Positions 34,934-44,872 of a stretch of 64,000 nucleotides of DNA are shown here, piece after piece. How positions within the stretch are numbered: the first letter of the stretch is position 1; every line of letters begins with the position of its first letter. The notes beneath the pieces are model-generated. The model saw only the letters and a list, made by a program, of their open reading frames with translations. It did not search any database and was not told where the DNA came from. Made by a program: the position numbers and the translations under genes. This DNA is from Chiloscyllium plagiosum (Eukaryota), in assembly GCF_004010195.1 (NCBI RefSeq), contig NC_057755.1:6603210-6667209 (forward strand), written 5' to 3'.

Positions 34934-35382
34934 AAATAGGAGTTATCAGTCTTGCGTCGAAATAGTCATCACATGGTCGAATGTGATGTGTTTAAAGTCT
35001 CAAACGACAAAATTGCGCAGAAACAGCAGGCTAACGAAATTCGAACGTTTTCTTCGTACCGTCCACCTAACTCTGCCACAGATTAAAAAGTTTTAATTCC
35101 TTCCGTAGCATTTATTTGGGAGAGTTGAAGTGTTATTTTTGCGCTTGAACTGTGGGGAGTGTGTGGAAACCGCCTGTGTTAAAACACACTGGATAGAGTC
35201 GATAAAAACCGAAAGAAGGGCGGATAGTGGCAATCAAAAACAAAATCAGAAATCGCTGGAAAACTGAGCAGCTGCGGTAGCATCGGTGGAGGGAAATCAG
35301 AGCTACCCCTTCGGGTCAAGTGACTCTTTCTCAAGAGTTTCAGCGAGATTTCTTCGTAATTTCGTTTCTTGTTTCCGAACAG

Positions 35383-37003
35383 CTTTGGTTAATAGAATTA
35401 AGGAGAATCCAAATGGTTTGCACAAATATATTAAGGACAAGAGGATAACTAGGGAGAGAATTGGGCCCCCCAAAGATCAGCAAGGCGGCCTTTGTGTGGA
35501 GCCACAGAAAATGGGGGAGATACTAGATGAATATTTTGCATCAGTATTTACTGTGGAAAAGGAAATGGAAGATATAGACTGTAGGAAAATGGATGGTGAA
35601 ATCTTGCAAAATTACCGATTACAGAGGAGGAAGTGCGGGATGTCTTGAAACGGTTAAAGGTGGATAAATCCCCAGGACCTGATCAGGTGTACCCGAGAAC
35701 TCCGTGGGAAGCTAGAGAAGTGATTGCTGGGCCTCTTGCTGAGATGTTTGTATCATCGATATTCACAGGTGAGGTGGCAGAAGACAGTTTAAGAAGGGCG
35801 ATAAAGACAAGCCAGGGAACTATAGACCGGTGAGCCTGACCCCAGTGGTGGGCAGGTTGTTGGAGGGAAACCTGAGGGACATGTGTTTGGAAAGGCAAGG
35901 ACTGATTAGGGATAGTCAACATGGCTTTGTGTGTGGGAAATCATGTCTCACAAACTTGACTGAGTTTTTTGAAGAGGTAACAAAGAGTATTGATGAGGGT
36001 AGAGCTGTAGATGTGATCTATATGGACTTAAGTAAGGTGTTCGACAAGGTTCCCCATGGGAGACTGATTAGCAAGCTTAGATCTCATGGAATACAGGGAG
36101 GACTAGCCATTTGGATACAGAACTAGCTCAAAGGTAGAAGACAGAGGGTGGTGGTGGAGGGTTGTTTTTCAGACTGGAGGCCAGTGACCAGTGGAGTGCC
36201 TCAAGGATCGGTGCTGGGNNNNNNNNNNNNNNNNNNNNNNNNNNNNNNNNNNNNNNNNNNNNNNNNNNNNNNNNNNNNNNNNNNNNNNNNNNNNNNNNNN
36301 NNNNNNNNNNNNNNNNNNNNNNNNNNNNNNNNNNNNNNNNNNNNNNNNNNNNNNNNNNNNNNNNNNNNNNNNNNNNNNNNNNNNNNNNNNNNNNNNNNNN
36401 NNNNNNNNNNNNNNNNNNNNNNNNNNNNNNNNNNNNNNNNNNNNNNNNNNNNNNNNNNNNNNNNNNNNNNNNNNNNNNNNNNNNNNNNNNNNNNNNNNNN
36501 NNNNNNNNNNNNNNNNNNNNNNNNNNNNNNNNNNNNNNNNNNNNNNNNNNNNNNNNNNNNNNNNNNNNNNNNNNNNNNNNNNNNNNNNNNNNNNNNNNNN
36601 NNNNNNNNNNNNNNNNNNNNNNNNNNNNNNNNNNNNNNNNNNNNNNNNNNNNNNNNNNNNNNNNNNNNNNNNNNNNNNNNNNNNNNNNNNNNNNNNNNNN
36701 NNNNNNNNNNNNNNNNNNNNNNNNNNNNNNNNNNNNNNNNNNNNNNNNNNNNNNNNNNNNNNNNNNNNNNNNNNNNNNNNNNNNNNNNNNNNNNNNNNNN
36801 NNNNNNNNNNNNNNNNNNNNNNNNNNNNNNNNNNNNNNNNNNNNNNNNNNNNNNNNNNNNNNNNNNNNNNNNNNNNNNNNNNNNNNNNNNNNNNNNNNNN
36901 NNNNNNNNNNNNNNNNNNNNNNNNNNNNNNNNNNNNNNNNNNNNNNNNNNNNNNNNNNNNNNNNNNNNNNNNNNNNNNNNNNNNNNNNNCTCTATGACTC
37001 TAT
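35383..37003 (+). mobile_element. CR1 insertion, 5'-truncated, spanning a gap
   Basis: RT motifs and TSGVPQGSVLG; TSD AACAG at 35378 and 37004; empty site TTCCGAACAGATTAG seen at 28684 and 30941. Confidence 0.9.
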
Positions 37004-37209
37004 AACAGATTAGATACCAATGAAGGTCGAAATGTGAGTCTTTCATATCTGCGAGAGAAAGTCCCTACTTCCTGATCTGTCTCTGAGTGTCCTTGGTTGG
37101 GGTTCCAGTTATCGTTGTGTTTTCAAACCCTTTCAAATTTTCCCAGACTTAAGAAAAGCAAGGTAATGGTCTTCCAGCTGAAACGTTTATGTGCTGTGTC
37201 CAGCAAATA

Positions 37210-37890
37210 GTTAAGAGTCATGGGTTCACAACTTTGCACAGGATGGAAATAGACCCTTCCGTCCAACTCGTTCAGACCGACCAGATTTCACAAGTTAATC
37301 TCGTCCTGTTTTCCAGTACGTGGACCCTAATGCTCTAAGCCCAGTCTCCATCACTTGCTCTGGAAGCTCATTCCCATACATGCAGCATCATCTGCGTGAA
37401 AGAAAATGCCCTTCAGTTTCCTTTTACCAAAACTTACGTCATTTTGTTCTGGACTCCTCCACTCCAGGGAAAAGACCTTGTCTATTTACCTTATCCATGC
37501 CCCTCATGATTTTATAAGGTCACCCCTCAGCTTCCGACGCTCCAGAGAAAACAGCCCCAGTCTGTTCAGCCTCTTCCTGTAGCTCAAACCCTCGAACCTA
37601 TGTAACATGCTTGCATATCGTTTCTGAGCTCTTTCAAGTTTCATTCCATTCTTCCGACAGGAGGGAAGCCTGAATTGCATGAAATGCTCCAAAAGTGGTC
37701 TAACCAATATCATGTGCAGCTGCAACATGACCTCCCAACTCCGATATTCAATGCACTGACCAGTAAAGGCAAGCATGCCAAACGCCTTCTCGACAATACT
37801 ACCTACCTGCGACTCCACATTCAAGGAAGAACAAACCTGCACTGCAAGGTACCTTTGTGCAGCAACACTCCCCAGCATTTTACCATAAAG
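37210..37890 (-). mobile_element. CR1 3' fragment
   Basis: LVRPLLEHFMQF...LGLFSLERRKLRGDLIK. Confidence 0.85.
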
Positions 37891-39344
37891 TGCATAATTT
37901 CTAATCACATTGATAACACTATGGCCTATCAAAATTCTTTTTAATTCAGCCTTGGGCACATTAATTACTGATTTCCTACTTACACAACAATGCAGCACAG
38001 CAACAGGCCTTTCGGCCCACCATTATTGAGTCAAACATGATGACGTTTGAAACTGATGCTACCTGACTACACGCAGTATCTGTTTTCGCTGTCAAAATGC
38101 TTCTTAAATGTTGCTGTGTGATTCCCATCTCCATCCTGTTCACATTATCCCGTAGATTCCCTTCCTACAACTCTCTGGGCCCTCCCTCTTTCCTGGAATT
38201 GTTCAACTGTTCAATCCCCAACCTCCCTGCTCACCACCCCCATACCTTTCTCTCTCCATCAACCCTGGGGGATCTTGCAGTTCCTGGTTGAGGATTGTCC
38301 TATCTGTCGAATACAATCACCCACCCTTTCACCTGCTTTCTGTTGTCAATCTCTCTCTCTCTGTCTCTCAATGGCTGCTCTTTCTCATCATCTTGTTTGT
38401 ACTTCAATTATTTACCTGGGAGTCTGTGTCCATCTTTCATTCCCTGAGGTCTTTCTCTGCCCTACGTTGTCTCTTTCTGGGCGTTTCTCGCTCTCTCCCT
38501 CTTTCCCTGGTTTCACACTCTGCCTCTCCCTCTGTCGCTCACACTCAGCAGTTTTCAGTCTTCCTATCTCTCTCCTTCTGTCTCTCCCTCGTGTCTGTCC
38601 CTCCCTCTCTGTCCCTCATCTAGCTTGGATTCTCTCCCCCTCCCTATCTGTTCCTTCCCCCCTATCCTGCTATCTGCACCACTGTTCCTGTCCCTGGGTA
38701 GAGTTGGACTCAGTAGCACTTGGTGCTGCACATGCTGTTAACACAGTGGGATCTTGTTGTTCCCTGTGTCTCCCATTGTTGTCCAACCGGTGGGCGGGTT
38801 TGGGGGAGATAAAGCCCCCTTCTCACTGAGCTGAGGGGGTGGGGGAAGTTTGGGATCTTGTTGTGCATGAAGACACACACAGTTGAAAGGCACGTCAGAT
38901 AGTCAGTGCATATACACCCCCCTACCCCCACTGCTTTTAGCCCTGTGGCGAGGGCTCAGTGGGGAGGGGATGTGGGGTGATGGGGATTTTGTACATGATG
39001 GAGACACAGAAGGGTCTTTCATACCCACTGGGGGGACAGAGAGAAATAACGGGATGAAACACAAAGAAGAGGAATATAGAACCTTTATTTTTCATTCAGG
39101 AGAATGGCTCGTATATTTCCACTACAGCTGTTGATGCATATGTAGCAAACGATAGAAAAAGAAATAATTGCATTTCTTATATTCCCTGGTAGTGTTTGCA
39201 TTTGCAAGTAGCAAAATATTCGCGAAGACTAGCTTCATCATGTTAATAAAAAGATCTCTCTCAAATCTGGCTTGCATTTTTGTAGTTCCATAGAAATCAA
39301 TCTCTTGGTACATAGAACTACCAAATCATTTTCCACTCACTGAA

Positions 39345-39770
39345 AGAGTCAGATAGCTAGACAGCATTGAACCAAACATGTTGATCCAACTCGTCCATGT
39401 CGACCAGATATCCTGACCTAATATAGTCCCATTTTCCAGCATTTGAACAATATTCCTCTAAACCCTTCCTATTCATATTGCCATCCAGACACTATTTAAA
39501 GTGGTAATTGTCTCAGCCTCCACCACTTCCTCTGGCAGCTCATGAAAATGTTGTCCCTGAGGTCCCTTTTAAACTTTTTACATTCTCACCGTAAACCTAT
39601 GCCCCATTAGCTCTGGAGCCCACCAACCTGGGGAAATGACCTTATCTCTTCACATGATGTGTGACCCTCATGATTTTATAAACTTCAGAAAGGTCACCAC
39701 TCAACCTCTGATGCTCCAGGGAGAATAGTCCCATTCAATTCATCCTCTCCCTTCAGCACAAAACCCTCAC
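39345..39770 (-). mobile_element. CR1 3' fragment (similar fragments at about 43030-43520 and 47045-47432)
   Basis: Reverse complement of the CR1 3' region seen elsewhere in the window. Confidence 0.75.
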
Positions 39771-40702
39771 CCTAATCAAAAGCCTTAAAATCTCTTTAGA
39801 GCTTTCCCATAGCAGTCTCCGATGAATATTCATTTGATCGTTAAAACTGAGATTCTATTTTCGGTATCTCTGCTTTCTTCATATTGAAGAAGAGGCCAGA
39901 GGCTGAGAAAGTGCTTGGGCTGCGTTGTAGCAAAAGGATTGTGCCTGTTAAAGCTATAGCACAAAGTTTTGTTTGCTCCCTGAATGTCCTTTTCTTGCCA
40001 ACATATTTAGAGTTCAGAGAATAGAATCGCAGTTCTAAGAATCAAATGAATATTCTTTGGAGCCTAGAGTAAGTTTTCTGCTTGTATCAGTGTCATCTGA
40101 AACCAAGAAAGGTACAATCTCTTGTGGTGATGCAGATTATAGGAACAGCTAAGTCAAGGTTACCAGTACATCGTATTTAGTTTTTTTCATTTTTCATTTA
40201 TTTCTGAATGTCCCTGCTTGTCTTTCTGTCTTGGTGTCAGAGAACTGGTTCTAATTAAAGAGGATTGTGGTTAAAAGTTAATTAATAATTCGATTACTTT
40301 GTTGCTTAAAATTGCTCTGCTTCGGTTAATATATTGTGAACAAATAGTGTAGTCTTTGATTTATAGACCTTGTATCTAGTATTGGTTATTCACAATGTCT
40401 AGTTCTGGCATTTCAAAGAGTCTGTTTAGGAACCATTGAGATCAATTTTGTGAGGCATTGAGCATTTAATTTTCCTGCTTTGTAAACACAAGGACAGGGA
40501 AACTGATTTGATTTGCCTGTCAGTCTTCATATCTGAACAAACACAATCTATTCTAAGCACAACATCTTTCTTACATTTTCAAATAGTTGAAAGGAATTCA
40601 CTGGAGAAAGCTGGAAACAGGCCAAAATATCAGGCCCTGCATTCTGAGTGCTCAGTGATTTGTTATTCAATAACGCACTTTGCATTACTCGTATTAAAAA
40701 TA

Positions 40703-40926
40703 GAGTCGAAAAGTGCGGTGCTAGAAAAGCACAGCCGGTCAGACAACATCAAGGAGCAGGAGAGTTGAAGTTTCAAAAATTAGCTCCTCATCAGGAATTC
40801 CTGATGAAGAGCTTATGCTCAAAATGTTGACTCTCCTGCACCTTGGATGCTGCCCGACCTGCTGTGCTTTTCCAGCACCACGTTTCGACTCTGATCTCTA
40901 GCATCTGCAGTCCCCACCTTTTGTTT
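40703..40926. mobile_element. Palindromic Penelope-like mini-element (family B)
   Basis: Centre TCATCAGGAA|TTCCTGATGA (40788-40807); arms extend to GAGTCGAAA/TTTCGACTC; 15-bp TSD CTCGTAT(T/G)AAAAATA at 40688 and 40927. Confidence 0.82.
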
Positions 40927-41270
40927 CTCGTATGAAAAATAACATTGCACGGAATTCTGAGTCGCAAGCGTTTCTATATTTCACCCCAAAATTTGGAGAC
41001 ATTTTCCCTGATTCATTCCTTTTTTAAATAACTTTCATTCATTTAACTTACAGAAAACATTTTGAAAATGATAATTCTCTCTAGGGGAAACTGCAGCCTT
41101 TCCATGGTGACCATGACAACAGCAGCTTTACTGATCTTGATCTTCAACATAAATGTGTTTTACATTTTCAGTGATAACTTCACACATTCTTTCCTTTCCT
41201 ATCGGTGTTTATAAGTTACTTAATGTTCTGAACTCAGTCAACTTGTCACTGACAGTGTAGTTCACAGTCT

Positions 41271-41583
41271 TTAGATTAGATTACATTACAGTGTGGAAAC
41301 AGGCCCTTCGGCCCAACAAGTCCACGCCGACCCGCCAAAGCGCAACCCACCCATACCCCTACATTTGCCCCTTACCTAACAATATGGGCAATTTAGTATG
41401 GCCAATTCACCTGACCTGCACATCTTTGGACTGTGGGAGGAAACCAGAGCACCCGGAGGAAACCCACGCTGACACGGGGAGAATGTGCAAACTCCACACA
41501 GTCAGTCGCCTGAGGCGGGAATTGAACCCGGGTCTCCGCCACTGTGAGGCAGCAGTGCTAACCACTGTGCCACCGTGCCGCCC
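41271..41583 (-). mobile_element. HE1-type V-SINE, full length
   Basis: Head, A and B boxes, central domain, tail. Confidence 0.9.
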
Positions 41584-41953
41584 ATACTTGTTCAGATTTG
41601 ATCGATATGTGGCAGTATGTTGTGAGAGGTTGAAAGCAAAGTATTGCAGAGTGAGGTCAGTGGCTACAGTTATAATGGTCACCCCATCTCTGACCCTTTT
41701 GGGTTGCACATGCACCTGAACAAGTAATTAATCATTTACAGTGAGGTTGCCGCACAAAGTTTAACTTCTTCACATCGCCATTGGGTACAGCATTCTCCGG
41801 GTTACAAAGTATTTTAGCTTCTTGGCTTCCATTTTCTTTGCTATTCGCATTTAATTCCTTGACCATCAGAAGAATTGTAGTTGCCAATTGACCTCGTCCG
41901 GGGACGCAATAGTGAGAGCCAAAGAGACCGAGAGATGGAAGGTTGAAGAAGGT

Positions 41954-42208
41954 GGGCGGCACGGTGGCTCAGTGGTTAGCACTGCTGCTTCACAGTCCCA
42001 GGATCAATACAGCCTCTGGTAACTATTTGTGTAGGTTTCCTCCCACAGTCCAAAGATGTGCGGGTCAGGTGAATTGGCTATGCTAAATTGCCATAGTGTT
42101 AAGTGCATCAATCAGAGGGAAATGGTTATGGGTGGGTTACTCTACAGAGGGTCAGTGTGGACTGCTTGGGCCGAAGGGCCTGTTTCCACATTGTAGGGAA
42201 TCTAATCT
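41954..42208 (+). mobile_element. HE1-type V-SINE with internal deletions
   Basis: GGGCGGCACGGTGGCTCAGTGGTTAGCAC head and AATCTAATCT tail. Confidence 0.85.
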
Positions 42209-42288
42209 GAAAAGGTCCATTATTTTACTCTTCATTATATTGGAAAGTTTTATTTTTCTGTGACATTTTTATCTACGAGGATAACAAA

Positions 42289-42600
42289 TTAGATTAGATT
42301 ACTTACAGTGTGGAAACAGGCCCTTCGGCCAAACAAATCCACACCGACCTGCCGAAGCGCAACCCACCCATTCCCCTACATTTACCCTTTTACCTAACAC
42401 TACGGGCAACTTAACGTGGCCAATTCACCTGACCTGCACATCTTTGCACTGTGGGAGGAAACCGGAGGAAATCCACGCAGACACAGGGAGAACGTGCAAA
42501 CTCCACACAGTCAGTCGCCTGAGTCGGGAATTGAAGCCGGGTCTCTAGCGCTGTGAGGCAGCAGTGCTACCCACTGTGCCACCGTGCCACCGTGCCACCC
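42289..42600 (-). mobile_element. HE1-type V-SINE, full length
   Basis: As above, with a duplicated GGTGGCAC in the head. Confidence 0.9.
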
Positions 42601-44858
42601 ACAGATGACCCACATTATCGAGGTAATTACACAGCTCCTGCCAACATTGACACTGAAACTGGTTACATGCTCATGTATTTAATTTCATGCAATAACGTGT
42701 GTGTTTATACAGCCACACAAAGTCAATTCAGGGAACAACTGTAGGAAGTGTCGACGGTCCCTTGATCATTTATTCTCGTGCTGGTCAGTGGAAAGAAAGA
42801 GTAATAAAAGGAAAACACTATCTCCACCTCCTTTGTCTTCTTCTGCCTTTGAAAGTTCTGAGGAGAAGAAATGAGGCCCTTATATTTTACTTTCTTTGAA
42901 TGCTTCACGAATGAGTGAAAACTATTCAGCTATACTCCATTTCTCATAGGTGATGTTTTATAAGTTGCATCAATGAAGTAAAAAATGTGAAATTTGTTAC
43001 AGTGTGTGGGCACCATTCAAATCATCGTTGAAGTCACAGACTTAGGAGTCACAGATTCCTTCAGTACAGTACCAGGCCCGAGGACCCCAAATGGTTCAAG
43101 CCGAACAAAATGTCCGTGCACACTAACTCCATTCCCCTGCATTTGGCTCATATTCTTCTAATACTTTCCTATCAACGAATTTGTCCAAATGCTGTTTAAA
43201 TGTTGTTAATATAGCCGCAGCTCATTCCATATACGTACCACCCTCTGTGGAAAAATGTTCCCACGAGGTTTCCTCTTATTCTTTCCCCTCCAACCTTAAA
43301 GGGATGCCGTCGAGTAATCGATTCCGCAGCCTTGGGAAAAATGATTGAGTGCATTCGCTCCATTTATGCCTGTCATGATCTTACACACTTCTATATGATT
43401 CCCCCCACCCCCCGCCACCCCCTCACACACACACACCTGTCTGCTACCCTTGAAAGGAAAAAAGACCGAGCTTGAACAAACTCTCCACATAACTCAGACA
43501 TTTGAGTCCTAGCAAAACTCTTGTTTGGTATAAATATAATGGGAGACATACCATTATGCAGCTGACAGTTAACTTACCAAAGGGGAATTATACGATTGGC
43601 TGGTCAGTGATACCCATATCTCAGCAAAAAACATCTTGCAGTTGCGGTTTGCACTGCCCTTAATGGCATTTTCTTGTAAAATACTCAATTGGAAACGACG
43701 ACTGGGGATGGATGATCAATTTTGGCCAACCAGCAGTGCCCACATATCACAAATGAATAAAAAAATGACACGATAATTTACTGGTAGTGGGCAATTAACT
43801 GGTAAAAAGATGTACCAGTACGGTTTGATGAGGATCAAGATAGTCTAGATTGTATGTGGTAATAATCTTTGGTGAAATATTTGTGCAGTAATGAGTACTT
43901 TTCCTTTCCCATCTTAAGTGTTAAAGTGGTTTCAATTTTAAATAGAATGTGGAGCTACCTGTACGAAGAATTTGACAAATTCGGTTAGTCTTCAAACAGG
44001 TGCAATAAGCAGCATCTCCTCATTCCATTTTTTTCAGAAAGTGGCTATGCCGCTCAGAACTTAATTGTGGCAGAATGGATGCAGGAAACTGTTGTGCTTC
44101 CAGTCTGTCTTCTCAAGCTTCATGAGTATCATATAGACCTCAGTGAGACCTCCTCTCCATCTCCCCAACTCCGGAGAGCGTCTACCTAAACTGCTCAATC
44201 TCACTTCACAAGACAAACAACTGATCACAGAAATCAATCGAGTGCACCTGTTCTGACCTGCCTCCAATGTAATTCGGCGTCCAGAGAATGGTGAATCTGT
44301 GGAATCCATTTCCTCAGAAGCTATGGAGGCCAGATCATTGAGTTTATTTAAAGCTGTGAGTTAGATAATTTCTTGATTGCCAAGGAGAACAAAGGTTACA
44401 AAATGAAAGTGGGGAAATTGGTTTGAAAAAAATCTATCAGACATGGCAGAATGACGGAGCAGAGTGTTTTATGCCAAATTGCCTAACTTCTGTTACTCTG
44501 TCTTATGACATTATGGTTTCATGCTTAATGTTATTTCCAATCGCTTCTGCAGCATAATTGTTTTAGGGGTGTATAAGTGGATCAAGTCATATTTAGACGT
44601 ATACAGAATGCTGCAGGTGAAGATATCTTCTTATTGATCTGTAATTATATCCAAATGCTGCTGGGTTCAAATTGCTACCTTGTGGATCTTTTCTCCTTCT
44701 CAGTACAGTGTGCTTCACCAAGATGTGAAATGTTGGAAACTGTATACTGCTCTTGTCTTCAGTGCAAATATTGAATGCAATTTTATTCTGATATCGTTCG
44801 AACTGCAATTCCCTTGACCTTTCGTTGTGAAGCAAGTGCATGTTGAATTTGCAATAGT

Positions 44859-44872
44859 CTGCCCTCTAGTGG
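44859..44872 (-). promoter_or_regulatory. Candidate CTCF site
   Basis: CCACTAGAGGGCAG on the minus strand matches CCASYAGRKGGCRS at every position; lies in non-repetitive AT-rich DNA. Confidence 0.6.

Larger units (their letters stand above)
21595..37200. repeat. Decayed tandem array of a Val(-)/Lys(+) tRNA unit
   Basis: The same inter-tRNA spacer recurs at 22830-23370, 24625-25250, 30245-30390 (partial) and 34285-34850. Post-Lys flanks recur after 21731, 25326, 25507, 30467 and 34925. The block ACAGATTAGATACTGA..AAGGTC.AAAT recurs at about 27157, 28689, 30947 and 37005. Confidence 0.88.

Noticed and set aside
36148..37046. Long ORFs of 268-285 aa (also those at 4831-5893)
   Set aside because: Their length comes from N gaps; the real parts are CR1 reverse transcriptase fragments.
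41104..41214. Short ORF MVTMTTAALLILIF... resembling a signal peptide, overlapping an X-box-like GTGACCATGACAAC
   Set aside because: Only 36 codons, no convincing donor, no recognisable homology; expected by chance in T-rich DNA.
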